A DNA stretch of 64,000 bases from the human T2T-CHM13v2.0 reference genome, Homo sapiens. This document shows positions 37,080 to 57,566 of this stretch, piece after piece. Numbering within the stretch: the first letter of the stretch is position 1; every line of letters begins with the position of its first letter. The DNA is taken from assembly GCF_009914755.1 (NCBI RefSeq), contig NC_060927.1; one strand, 5' to 3'. The notes beneath the pieces were generated by a model, which saw only the letters and a list, made by a program, of their open reading frames with translations, searched no databases and had not been told where the DNA came from. The position numbers were made by a program, and so were the translations under genes.

Positions 37080-39065
37080 AGAAAACTGTTAGATTTGCCA
37101 AGTCATAGATCTGGGTAAGCTAAGTAGCAATCCATTGTAAGATGGAAAAGGTACAACTAGAACTGAGCCCAAGCAAGACTAGAGGACATGAGAAGCTGCA
37201 TGGGCAGGGAGCAACGGTCCCCATGTCGCCCATCACAACTGCATCAGCACCCCTCCCTCAGCTCACATCTGTGGCCATATGTGGGATCCCATAGGACCAG
37301 CTAAGGAAAAGAAAAAAGCCTTAGCTTGGTTTATATTTGGGTTGGCTCAGTATACAAATACAGGCTGAAAATGAACAGCTACTATATTAACCACCACACT
37401 CAGGGTAGGCTCTAAATAAAGTAGAGAAGAAAAATATTGTTGATGGATGGAGCTGCAAGTAATGCATCTGGTCATCTACTTTGCATGGAAAGACAAGTGG
37501 CCAAGATAAGAACATATATATACTCATGGGAAATGGCCAGTGATTTAATGGACCAGTTAGAGGTCTAGAAAGAAAATGACTGGGTACTTGGAGACAAGGA
37601 GATCTGGAGTAGAGGCACGTGGACAGACCCGTGGAAATGGGCATAAAGTGTAAAGATTTTTGTGTGACGTGTTAATGTCCATTATAAAGCATCTGTCACA
37701 GAAATGACATTGGATATACAAACAGACAAAATGCTCAGCCGGTTTACATTAGTCAGCATTCATCATTGGTTCCTCCAGAACTGGCATGATAGATTGTCAA
37801 ATGGACCCATGAATAGAGTGGTCATGGTAGCAGAGATAGAGGTCCCACATGAACGCAACTGCATGGACCACCACTTAAAAAGACTGACATAGCTATTGCC
37901 CCTTCTGAATGTCTAACCTGCCAGTACTAGAGATCAATGCTGAGCCCCAAATATGGCACTACTTTTTGGGGACACCAATTGATCACTTGGTGGCAATTTG
38001 TTCTCATAGCAGTAGATACCTGTTTTGGGTGTGGGTCTACCTTTCATGCCTGCAGAGCCTCATCCAGCACATTATCCAGTGGCGTATGGAGAAACTGGCC
38101 CACAGGCATGGGATCCCACAACACGTAGTATCTGATCAGGATAACCATTTCACAGTGAAGGAGCTGCAGCATGGGCCCATGATCATGGTATCCATTGGTT
38201 GTATCACTTACCATATGGCCTAGAAGCTGGCACTTGATAGAGCATTGAAATGTTCTGGTGGCGCTTGAGGCAATACTCTGTGAGAATGGGGTGTGGGTGC
38301 CTTCCTCTAAGACATGATTTAAGCACTGAATCAGAGAACCCTACTTGACTCTGTGTCCCCTGCAGGGAAAAATACATGGATAATCAAGGGGGAGAAGCAG
38401 AAGTGGTCCTAAGTAGCATCAATCCCAGTGACCTATTGTGTGGCTTTATGCTTCCCTAACCCACAACATTGGGGTCTGCAGTGTGAGTGGTACTGGTCCC
38501 AAAGGTAAAATACTCTCTCCAGAGGACATGTCAAAGGAGAATTGAACTACACACTAAAATATAGGCATTTTTGAATTCCTTGTGATTAGGGACCAACAGG
38601 CAAGAAAAGGAGTCATCGTGTTGGCAGGGCTAATTGACTTAATAAAAAGGAGGAGGTAGGGCTATGTTATACAGTGGGGATGGGGAAATATATTTGGAAG
38701 TGAGGTGGCATCACCTGGTGAATTATGACTACAGAAGGATAAGTGCCGCCAGCCCAGCTTCATAAAGGTGTGATTACCAGGGACTCATATTCCTCAAGAG
38801 TGAGGATTTGGTTCATGTTACCAGGTGAGTCACCCAGTCCAGCTGGAGTAGTAGCTGAGAATGAGAGAAGTTGAGAATGGATAGTGGACAAAGGAGTTGA
38901 TGAATACTAGTTGTGACTCCAGGACCAACAGTGAGTGGGCTGTAGGTCATCCCATGAACCTCCCTCTTCTAAGTTTTCCCATAAGAAGTGAGGCTCTTGG
39001 GAACCCAGGAAGAGCTGCTCTATAAACGTGTATGAAAGTGGAATCACATGGCACAAGGGGAGCAC
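37080..39065 (+). mobile_element. ERVL internal relic (ERV3-16A3-like; RNase H/integrase region)
   Basis: Integrase-like fragments MLSPKYGT, IAVDTCFG, HGIPQHVVSDQDNHFT. Purine tract gcacaaggggagc before the LTR. Confidence 0.7.
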
Positions 39066-39535
39066 TGTGGCAGTCATGGAGGTGTGGTGCCGAGATCTTC
39101 CTTCATGAAAGAACTTGCCATCCAGCTGTCAGGAGGTCAGTTAGCTGACAGCCTCCAGCTGTCAATACCTTCAGATTTGCCTCTGTTAAGTCTAGACAAC
39201 AATCTTCTTGGAAGGTCCTAGCCAATGACTAAATAGGGCAGGAGGTTTTAGGGTCTTGCCATTTCTGCCCAACATAAGATTCCTTCAATAGGCAATCTTA
39301 GTTTCCACTGGGTTGGCTAAGATGTTGGCAGATGTGCACTGTGATCTGAGACTCCTTCTGCCCAATTTTGCTTCCTCTCTTCTTTCTTTTAAGGTCTGCA
39401 TCACAGTCTAAAGACTTTCCTTCCTGATCTTTCTTTCTTTCCTTTTAAAAATCTTTTACAGGCGTTACCCTCCAGTAAATCCCTTACACTTTTAAACTCT
39501 GTCTCAGCATCTGCTTCCCAAAGACCCAACTTACA
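39066..39535 (+). mobile_element. LTR16-family 3' LTR of the ERVL relic
   Basis: tgtggcagtcatggaggtgtgg...ctctgtctcagcatctgcttcccaaagacccaacttacaca. Confidence 0.7.
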
Positions 39536-39794
39536 CAATAACCTAGCTACTTTTGGAATGTAGGTAACTCAATTTCTTTGAAGCAGGTACTATGTTTATT
39601 CAAATCTAAGTTGTAATTCAAGGATGTGGAGCAAATGGAATTCAAGTGCACTATACCTCGTAGGTATGCAAATTGGTACAACTAGTTCAGAAAGTATTTG
39701 AGAATATTTATTAAAGGTGAACATTTGAATTCCCTATGACCCAGCCATTTACTTCTATGTATGTATCCATCAGAAGGTTGCTCATAGCAGCTCA

Positions 39795-40148
39795 TGCTAT
39801 GGACTGTATTGTGTCCTGAAATTCATATGCTCAATGTGATGGTATTTGGAGATGGGGCCTTTGGGAGGTAATCAGGCTTAGGTGAAGATGTGGGGGTAGG
39901 GCCTTCATAATGGGACTAGTGCCCTTATAAAGAGACATAGAGAGCTTGCTGTCACTCTTTCTACCCTGTGAGGACACAGTGAGAAAGTGGCCACCTGCAA
40001 GCGAGGAAGAGAGCCTTCACTAGAACCCAATCATGCTGACACCCTCCTCTTGAACTTCTAGCCTCCAGAACAATGAAAAATAAATTCCTGTTGTTCAAGC
40101 CACCCAATCTATGGTATTTTGTTATGGTAGCCAGAGCAGACTAAGACA
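39795..40148 (+). mobile_element. MLT1A-like MaLR solo LTR
   Basis: tgctatggactg...ggagatggggcctttgggaggtaat...gagcagactaagaca. Confidence 0.8.
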
Positions 40149-40165
40149 CAGCACTATTCATGATA

Positions 40166-40635
40166 CAGTTGACTCCTGAACAACATGGGGGTTAGGAGTG
40201 CCAACCCCCCATGCAGTTCAAAATCCATGTATAACCTTTGATTCTCCAGAACATAGCTACTAATAGCCTACTGTTGACCAGAAGCCTTAACAACAACATA
40301 AATAGTTGATTCACCCATATTTTGTATGCTATGTGTATCATACACTGTATTCTTACAATAAAGTAAGCTAGAGGAAAGATAATGTTGTTAAGAAAATCAT
40401 AAGGAAAAGAAAGTTGTTCCTATTCATTAAATGTAAGGTCACCATCAGAAAGGCCTTCATCTTTGTTCTCTGAGGAAGAGGAGAAAGAAGAGGGATTGGT
40501 CTTGCTGTCTCAGGGGAGGCAAAGGTGGAACAGGTGGAGGAGGTGGAATGGGAGGCAGGCACACTCAGTGTAAAATTTATTGGGAAAAAAAGTGAATCTG
40601 TGCAGTTTAAATGTGTATTGTTTAAGGATCAACTA
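40166..40635. mobile_element. Tigger2a-like TcMar DNA transposon
   Basis: Terminal inverted repeats cagttgactcctgaacaaca / tgtttaaggatcaacta, flanked by TA. Confidence 0.8.
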
Positions 40636-41685
40636 TAGTAAAAAAACTGCAAAGTATCCAAATGTCTACCAATAGTAGAATGGATAAATTGTGGTATATT
40701 CACAGAATGGAATACATTAAAACAACCAGAACAAACAAGCTACAAACATATGCAAAAATGTGGCTGAATCTCACGTGTAATGTTGACCCCCCCAATTAAA
40801 CCAGACTCAAAAGAGTACATATTGTACAACTCCATTACTATAAAGTTTTAATCCAGGAAAAATGAATCCATGCTGTGAGGAGCCAGGAGAATGGTTATGG
40901 GAACGTTGTGATTAAAAGTGGCCATGATGGGGATCCCGGGTGCTGCTCATGTTCTGTTTCTTGATCTGAGTGTTGATTACATGGGGGTTGAATTTTGGAA
41001 GTTTGTTGATCCACATGCTTATGATATGTACAATTTTCTGTATGCACAAAGTTTATACTTCATGAAAAAGTTTATAGAAATCTAAGGTTGTCATTAATTT
41101 TAAGGTGGAACTTTATATAGGTTGCTATATAGGTACTGTGTTTCATTAATGTATAAGACACACATTCTTTTCACATTTTAATATCCTAAATATGGTGATG
41201 TGAATTGTGATGGGTGGTGGTCATAAAGTGGTTGCCATCATGATGTAGTTGTTGTTGCCTGTACATGTGTGAACAAGCCTCAGAACTTGCAAAAGGGGTA
41301 GGCATCAGAAGCTTGGAAGAAAATTTCAGATTCCTTGTGCTTTTTTAAATCACTTATAATTTTTATATTTATTGAAAAAACTCTTTTAGACACCATTAGA
41401 CACAGATTTTTTTCATATAGAGCTCTCACGCATATGGACAAAGAGAAATATAAGCAAAATAAATTGGTTAAGGATTTCTAAGTCTCCTCCACATTCAGAG
41501 TCCGTTGTTCTGTAATACCTTTTTACTGAGTCATTCGTGTTGTCTTTTCTACATAATGTTATCCTCCTTGCCATCAGAAGCTTTGGTGGCTCAGCATTTC
41601 TTTAAACAATCCATTAAAAAACCCAAAAGCCATTGGTTCTGGGTTCTTATTAAGCTGGATTTTCAGTGAGGTGCTGCCAGCCTTC

Positions 41686-42120
41686 TGTGGTGGGAGCTAT
41701 CATGTGCCACCCAGATTCTCCTTCAGCAGTGAAGCATGCATGCTCTCTGATGCTGGGAGTGCTGCTGGCAGAGAGCCTTTACCTGTCAGTCCCCTTTGGA
41801 GACTGGGCCTTTGAAGGGGGCACTTTAAAGAGGGCCACCTCATCCAAGGTTGTGCTTCCTTCCCCAAACTGGCCAACACATGGGTATAAAGGCCTGGTCC
41901 CTTGTCCCAAATAGGAACTAGTAGAAAGGATCATCCCAGCTTCAGAGTTCCTCATGGGTTGGGCTGAGGCCTTTATTGTGACTGTGTCACAACTCAATTT
42001 TTTCCTCTGTCCAATCCTGCTTCCTTCCACCAGTAGTGAATCTAAGAGCATCCCCTAATAAACCTCTGGCATAGTTATATCCATTTCAGAGTCTGCTTCC
42101 TGGGAAGCCCAATCTGCAAC
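41686..42120 (+). mobile_element. LTR16A-like solo LTR
   Basis: tgtggtgggagc..gccacccagattc...ccctaataaacctctggc..cagagtctgcttcctgggaagcccaatctgcaaca. Confidence 0.75.
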
Positions 42121-43419
42121 ACCTACTTTTGACTCCTGTTTGGGGAATGTTTGATTGACTGCTTCTCTCACCCCTCCCTACAACCATTTTATTCCTAAAG
42201 GTAATGACTGCTTCTTCATTGCTTTGGGATTTTATCCAAAGTTGCCAACACCTGCTCATTTTGCAAGTTTTGAAGCTGGTATGTTTGACCTTCCACATTA
42301 AACAGACAATGGCCAATTAAATGCTACTGTAAGAGGCCATTGATTATAACTCTCAGCCCTGTTTCAGAGGTATGAAAAATGTGAAGAAAATTTGCATCTT
42401 TCAGGGTTGTTCTCCTATTCCTCTGGGTTTCTTTTGGGTTTAAGAGGTTCAGATGACCTCATGGCTTTAGGGATGGGTATTTTGTCTGTGGGCTGCATGA
42501 AACAAGGCTGGCCTCTGCTAAACAGCCTTGTCCTGCTTGGCCTTTGGTAGTGGCCTCTTTCCTTGATTGCCAAAGGTCGCAGCTGGTCCATTTTCTTGGC
42601 TTGACCTGTGCCTAAGGGTCTCTGGGAGTTTTGGGCCTCTCCTCAGTTCTGGAAGATCCCTTGAGGTCTCTCTGTGACTTGGGCCCTCCAATTCAGGTTG
42701 CTGTGCCCCTTGCCCTGGTGAACTCTTCCACTCCCTCTCAGCTGTCATCTGAGAAACAGTGGGTCCTCTCTCTGTCTAGGTCAGCCCTGCCACTATTTCT
42801 ACTCCATGCTGGTTACTTCATGTTGGCATAGGACACTTGGAGGGTTTTCTTCCTCCTAGCACTCCAGGGAAGAGGCAGGGCTTTCTCCAGACCCTCAAAC
42901 CTAAGTCCTTCCTTCCCTCTTCAGGGTTTCAACATTAGGAGGGGGCAGGACCACAGCCCCCATTCAGAAACACTCATCTGCATCCAAACTTCTTACCTTT
43001 CTCCAAGCCTTCTTCCTGCCTTAAGCACTTATTTTTTTGAGTATGAAAATGGCTTTTACATCATTTTTTGGGTCCTCTCAAGTCTGTGGTTCATAGTACA
43101 AATCTCTGTGGTTAGTCCTCTAAGATTGGCTGATGATATTTAAACCCTAGTTTCTGGAATTCTAAGCAAACTGACTTCCTTCCTTTCTTCTTTCTCTCTG
43201 CCTCCTCTTCCTCCCCCTTGTCTTTCTCCTTTGCCTTCTGCTAAAATCTCAACAAAGTCTGGCCCTTTCAATAAAAAATGCTTTACGTGTGCTCTGAGTT
43301 AAAAATTCCATTCAGCAATTGACTTACTTGAATCAGTTTGTATCAAAATATTTTTCCCAACTCCAGATACCTATCACACTTTGTTCTCCGCAATGAATTC
43401 ATCTTCTGTCTCAGGTCCA

Positions 43420-45035
43420 TGAAATGTTTAATAAGAGTGATCAGTTATTAAGCCACAAGAAAAATTTTAATACGTTCCAAGGACAAGAAATCACGCAGGC
43501 CATAATCTTGGAACACGGTGCAGAGAAACTGAGCATTAACGGCAAAACTTTAAAAATAATAAAAACCCAACAACACACTCCTACATAACTTTTAGATTAA
43601 AGAGAAATCAAAACTATAATTACAGATTATACAGAAACAATGACAACAAGAACATTATATAAATGAGAAGGCCAAGGTTGTACACATAGAACAACTAGAG
43701 GTTTTAAGGGCTTTTGTAATTAGACAAGCAAAAAGAATAGAAATAAATTTTTCAACTAGAAGTTAAAAAGAGAGCCAAGAGAATATGACCGGGAAAATAG
43801 AAAGAAGAAATTGATAAAGACTAAAGCAGAAATGAGTGGTTAGAGGAGAGAAAATAAATGAATTTGAAAAATAAACCAGAGATAGTTCTTTAAAACACCA
43901 GAAAAAAAAAAGAGAAACATGTGCAAAGCTAGTCAAGATAAATAAGAGGAAAAAACAAACAATTGGGATGAGAACAGAATATAATGACAAGTAAAGGGGA
44001 GATTTAGAGGTTTTATTTTGTAGATTATGTTGAACTCTGTGCTAAAAGTTGTGAAATCTGGGTAAAATGAATGATTTCCTAATAAAACATACACAAACAA
44101 AATTTATTAGAGAAGAAGAGAATATAAATATACTCATGATCTTAGAAGAAAATTTAAAAGTTGTCAAAGCTCTCCCAAAATGTGTCTAGATTTTACAAGC
44201 TAATTCCATGAGAACTTCATGGAGCACATCATTGCCATGTGGTTTAGACTGTTCCAGGGCATAGGAAAAAATGGAGCATGATTCACTTAATTTTGCCAAA
44301 GTAGCATAATCTTGGTATCAAAACTTGTGGCAGAAATCTACTAAAATCGCAGATGTGAATATGGTTCCAAGAATCCCAAGTAAAATACTAACAAATCAAA
44401 TTCAATAGAACAACAAAAGAACAATATGATATCAGGGTTTTTCTAAGAATGCAGGCATAGTTCAATAATAGAAAAATCTCAAACATTGTAGGTGGGGAAA
44501 TAAATTGATACAGCTTTTGGGGAGGATAATTTGGTACAATCTATCAAATTTAGAAATGCATCTAATGTGTGACTTAGCAATTCCTCTTACAGTTATCTGT
44601 ATCCTAAAAAATTATGGGCACAAGATGTTAGTACAAGAATGTTTTTACTGCAACATTTTTTCTTGGTAATACAAAAAAAGAGAAACAGTCTAAATATTCA
44701 TCAGTAAGAGAATGATTAAATCACAGTGTTACCACCATACTTAGGAATACATGGTAGCAGTTTAAAAAGACTGTTACTTTCTATGTACTGAAACAGGAAA
44801 AGCTCTGATACATTAAGTTTTTTTTAAAAGCAATAAAACAAACAAAAAACTAAATTTGTGAGCTAAATCATATTATAGAATGATCCCATTAAAGTTAAAA
44901 AATAGAGCTATATATTTATATATCTACACATGTAAATGTAACTGAATATAAAGAAGATCTGTCTACAAAAGATAACTTGAGAGATGAGAATGGGATCAAT
45001 GGAGATAGTAGTGGGGGCCAAAGAGGTGGGACTTT
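43420..45035 (+). mobile_element. Highly decayed L1ME-like LINE
   Basis: A-rich plus strand with ORF2-like phrases (aaaatactaacaaatcaaattcaatag; gacttagcaattcctctt). Its 3' end appears to resume at ~51615. Confidence 0.6.
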
Positions 45036-45055
45036 TTAAAAAAATACAATGCTAC

Positions 45056-51612
<6,557 letters not shown>

Positions 51613-52159
51613 AGAACTTTTATCTTTTGTATCTAGCTCTGTATTGTTTAACATTTTTCCAAGTAGGATATCCTCAAATAATATTTGTGTAACTAAATGG
51701 TAAAGAACCATGTAAAACATACTATAATAATTCATCCCATCAGTAGTCTAAAGAGAAAAAAACTTACACTTGATGGATTCCAGAAAATTTTCTACCTTCT
51801 ACTTATTCCTTGAAAAACATCTTAGTAAATAAGGAAGATAAAAAACTTTTAAAGCAAATAGTATCAGGAATACCTTTCTTAAAATGATGATGGTCATCAT
51901 ATTTCACAGAGAAAGGGTAAAACATTACCTAATAAAGTCACAGGCATAAGGCTTGGGATTCAATAACATGATTATTATTTAACACTCTTTTCAAAATTTT
52001 GGACACTTCAGTTCAACAAGAAAAGAAAAAGAACCCACTAATCTTAGTTGACAGAGAGAGGGAGAGAGAGAGAGAGGAGATGTCAATGTTGTTAAGAAGG
52101 ATTATAAAATTTACAGATGTGATAATCTACATGACAAACCCAAGAGGCTCAACAATAAA

Positions 52160-52400
52160 AAATTACTTGCATATGCCAGTGCTTCCTGCCTGCCAGGCCC
52201 TCTGCTAAGTGCTTCATAGGCATGATCTCATTTCACCCTCACAAGAATCCTGTGAGGTCCATTTATTATTGTTTCTATTTTATAGAAAAGGAAATTAAGT
52301 TCCAGGAAATTAAGTTCCAGACAGGTGAAGAAGGCAGTGGCTGGTGAGGTGTGGAGCCAGGATCCAACCTGAGCCATCTGACTTTGGAGCTGCTTGAGTT
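52160..52400 (-). mobile_element. MIR
   Basis: ctctgctaagtgcttca..tctcatttcaccctcacaagaatcctgtgagg..ttttatagaaaaggaaa. Confidence 0.7.
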
Positions 52401-52487
52401 TCTCCAGCCCTGCTACATACTTTAAAAGCCAAAGAATATCTTCCAGTAAGCTGTCAACATATAATAAATATATTTTTAAAAGCAATA

Positions 52488-52874
<387 letters not shown>

Positions 52875-53242
52875 TTATGTATTATCCAGCAGCATGCTTA
52901 AAAAGGACCAGCATAAAACTTTATTGAGAGGTAAAGAGAAAACTTGAATACATGGAAAGACATGCTCATTTGTAGCTTGGAAGTCAGTATTAAAAAGGTA
53001 TTGATTATTCTGACAATTTACAAATATCTGGCAAATTCCAAATACATTATCAGCATTTTTGTCAGAGCTTGACTGACTTATTCTTTTAAGAAAAATATTT
53101 TATTTCAAAAACTCATTATATTAAAAAAGTCATTAAAAAGTGTGTCTAAAAAACATTTTCTTCAGAAGTAAGCATTGTTTATAGTGCTCTCTAACACATA
53201 AGCAGACACACATGGCTCTGCTATTTTAGCAAAATAATGTCA

Positions 53243-53670
53243 AAGTGGCACGTGCAGCTGGCTCAAGTGGGTCATGAGAATATATTACTACATTTTTAGG
53301 AATTTTGTGAGCTGATTGATAAACATAGCCATTATTAAAAATCAAATTACATAAACTCACAATTAAATTATTTTAAAAACACAAGTAATAATTTCTTAAA
53401 ACTTCGAATCACTTCCTAATGATCTTGTTACATTTTGCTATTGTGTATGCTTTTGAGGTCATTTACATCTATTGTATCTGCATCATGGGCATGTTATATA
53501 ATGGTGTGCTGCTGTGTATATCTTCTCAACTCTGTGATCAGTGACATCATGTTAGTAGCTTGAAATTGACCATGGTGGGAATATTTGGACCATGGAAGTT
53601 AGCAAATGCTACAATTCAAGACCTTGTCTTCTTTTCAGAGAGTTGGTTTTTAACGTAACAGCACACTGCC
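53243..53670 (+). mobile_element. MER63B-like hAT relic
   Basis: ttttaggaattttgtgagctgattgataaacatagccattattaaaa ... cagcacactg end; homologous to 32400-32730. Confidence 0.72.
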
Positions 53671-53714
53671 GGATTAAAATTATGCTAGCAGGAGTGATAT
53701 GTATTTCAACTGTA

Positions 53715-53790
53715 CGTGTGTATGTATATGTTTGGTGTGGTGGTGGTGGTGGTGTGTGTGTGCATGTGTGTGTGGTGTATGTGTATGTAT
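53715..53790. repeat. (TG)n/(TGG)n degenerate microsatellite
   Basis: Directly visible. Confidence 0.8.
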
Positions 53791-54683
53791 TTTTTCAGCA
53801 AGATGTGGAGAAAAGCAAATTATAGCTCCCTAGTTAGAAATAGAATAAATGAGGATGAGAAATACAGCTTAATACTACATGAGGCAAAAAGGGTTTCCTA
53901 TGACAAAGTACTTAAAAGAGTTATCAAACTTAAACATGTCATGAATTTTTCTTTTATAAATTGAAAACGTTCCAGGTTTGCTGACCTTTTTTGTGATGAA
54001 AGCGGTGTCAATAAAATGTACCTAAAAGATATTTGGAAAAAATAAATACACTTGTCTTTTCAAGGCCAAGGGTATGTTGTAACAAGGGTGCAAAAACAAT
54101 AGCCTTTTAAATAAATTCATGCTTTGGGGAGAGTATACTGAAAATGGAGAGTGAAAGTGTCTCCAGGGTTATGTGATTTCGAGGCTGAAAATGACGTAAG
54201 CAGGCCATCTATAAAAACTATCGTATCTGTTTACTTTAAAAACTTGGAAACAGGATATTCTAACCTTATAAAAAATCTTCTAAAATAAACTGGTTTTTTA
54301 GTAATGTGAAAAGATAAATCTTCTAATTATTTTGTAAGTACAACTGATTGACATCAGGAAAAATGGAAATTATTAGCTGAATTTTAACAAAGACCTCTGC
54401 AAAATTGGTGAATGAGGCTGAAAATGATTTTCACTATTTTTAGGCATAGCCCATGAAGCACTTCTTTCATTTGTTATCTATGCATATTGGCGAAGCCCCT
54501 TTTCAGTTATTTCAAAGCCATGTACTGGAATAATGTGAATTTAGACCTAGGACTGCACACAGCAACCTCACAGTGTTAATGATTATTAAAATTCAAGCAT
54601 ATTTACCTTTGCTAAAACACATTTTTTAAAAAGTGAGAACACAAATATGCTGTGCCCTAATAATTAAAATGAACATGAAAACA

Positions 54684-54860
54684 TTTTTATGATAGGTTCA
54701 CGGGGCACATTCGCAGGTTTGTTACAAAGGTTATATTGCATGATGCTGAGGTTTGGAGTACAATTGAACCTGTCACCCAGGTACAGTGCATAGTACCCAG
54801 TAGGATATTTTTCAACCCTTACCCCTCCCTGGCCCCCTCTTGACTTTCTCAGTGTCTATT
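54684..54860 (-). mobile_element. L1PA/PB 3'-end fragment
   Basis: gcaggtttgttacaaagggttatattgcatgatgctgaggtttgg. Confidence 0.75.
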
Positions 54861-55519
54861 GTAAAATAATGTTCTAAAAAACAGTTTATTATTTATATTT
54901 TCCTTTTAAAATTCCAAAGTGTGGAATTTGGGCTGGCAGCATCGGCATCCCCTGGGAGTTTATTAGGACTGCATATTCTCAAGCCCCACCCCAGGCCTCA
55001 TCTTATTGCTTTGAGTTAAATGGAGGAATCCTCTGCGTGGATGAGTTTTGCCATAAGTACAATCAGGAGATGACAGAGCTACTTTGCTCTTTGGTGGGTG
55101 GGTAGGTGAGACGGTTGAGAGTGGTCTGTTCTTCTGGTTGAGATTTTGAAGACTAGAGTAGTTCTTGATATTTTGAAGTATATTTATATTAAAAGAGACT
55201 TTCTTGGAGTAGGTGAAGCCACTACATGGTGTAATTCCCAACCCTACCTTTATGATGGCACCAAATAGGATAATTCTGCAATAATACTAGCTAACATGTA
55301 ACACTTACCATGTACCAGGCATTGTCCTAAGTTCTTCTTAGAGAAGAATTTGGGCCTGGTCAGTCTAGCTCCAGAGCCCATGAATAAACCATTATGCTAT
55401 ACTGCCTGGGTATAAAATATATAAAGGAATAAATACCCACAAATTAGGGATGCATCTGCAGATATTTTTATTGATGGGGAACAAGATTAAAAAAACGTTT
55501 GGGGACACTAGGCTAGTGG

Positions 55520-55965
55520 ATACCAGCTCAAATGCTACTGTGACATAAAAAACCTTTCCTAATCTGGCCCAGCCAATGTCCCTGACCCCACTTCTTGCTC
55601 TGCCCCCTTAAAACCTGTGCTCTAAATTCCACCATCTTGAACTGGCATCCTGGCAGCTCCCTGAATTCCTAATGCTTCCTTCCATCCCTGACTCCTATCT
55701 CTCCTTCAGAACTCAGCCTGGGTACCGCCTGCCTTTCCTAACTATTTAATATCTGCCCTTCCCCCAAAAGGCCAGTCCAGGCATCCTTTGTACACTCTCA
55801 GCATTGTCTGCATACTCTGCATGACATTTGTCCTACTATTTTATAATAATCTATTCACTTGTTTGTCTACCAGCCTTGAGGGCAGCACTCTATCTTGTTT
55901 ATTTGTGTATGTCCTCGTGCAGAGCCTGGAACATATTAGGTGCTGTTTGCATGAATGAATGATTG
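55520..55965 (+). mobile_element. L2 3' fragment
   Basis: ccttgagggcagcactctatcttgttt..agagcctggaacatattaggtgct..tgaatgaatg. Confidence 0.6.
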
Positions 55966-56841
55966 ACGAAAGAGAAAGCAACCATTGCCCTAGGAGTTGT
56001 TCTAGGATCTGTTATTTGTTTAATGGCCACCAGAGGGGGGCAGACGAACAGGGTCCAGTGCACAGCACCCATCTAGAACTCTGGGTAGAGAATGTAAATA
56101 CTTATTCTAGGGCTGGAAGGGAAGTTCAATGGTCATGTAAAGCGTTCCTCTGTTTTAGACAAAAATTAAACAAACCTTTCCAGGTAAGCACAGTGATATT
56201 TAAAGTTTTAAGTCAAAAAGAATTGTTTGAATCTAGGCAGACTTTAAATCTGAAGAGTTGGATTCTGGTTCCAATTCTAACATTATTTAGCTTGTCTGAT
56301 CTCAGATGAGACCCTTGGATTTTGGAGACTCAGTTTCTGAATCTGACAAATGGGTGACATACTCATTTTTTCTACCTCCTGGGAGTGTTTTGTGACCCAC
56401 AGGTAATAATGCACACAAGCACCCTAAAAATGACAAGTAACAAATAAAGTATAATAAAAATCAGGGGCTAAATAAAAATAATTTCAATCTCCCTTGTTCA
56501 AAATTAGTTTTCTGAAATGTGAGCTGAAAGCCAAGTATAAGCATGGAGTTGAAATGAGCATGGACTTGTGTTGAGACCACAGATGCATCAAGATTTCAAG
56601 CTGTGCATTATTTAGGCCATTTTATTCATTTGGCTCCCATTTGACCACCTCAGCTGCACTGCCAGAGGCCAGCTAATCCCTCTGCATCTAGCATCATCTA
56701 TGCCTGGATAATTCACGTATCTCACCACACATGTATATCATTTCTTTCTTTTGTAAATGTGCATGAATGTTGTTACAATGAATAAAACACAAATTCATAG
56801 AAAAACTTTCATGAGTTTCCAGTCACATTTACCATAATCTA

Positions 56842-57141
<300 letters not shown>

Positions 57142-57217
57142 TAAAAATCAACATATATTTAAAAATATATTTAGGATTGAGTTGCATTATATGCATATTG
57201 AACCTATGCAAACATGA

Positions 57218-57566
<349 letters not shown>

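Larger units (their letters stand above)
39620..41075 (+). mobile_element. L1ME-like 3' end, interrupted by MLT1A and Tigger2
   Basis: ggatgtggagcaaatggaattc...; caatagtagaatggataaattgtggtatattcac; gttctgtttcttgatctg. Confidence 0.7.

Noticed and set aside
42400-43300. Pyrimidine-rich stretch possibly from an old L1/HAL1 5' region
   Set aside because: I could not assign a family with enough confidence from the sequence alone.
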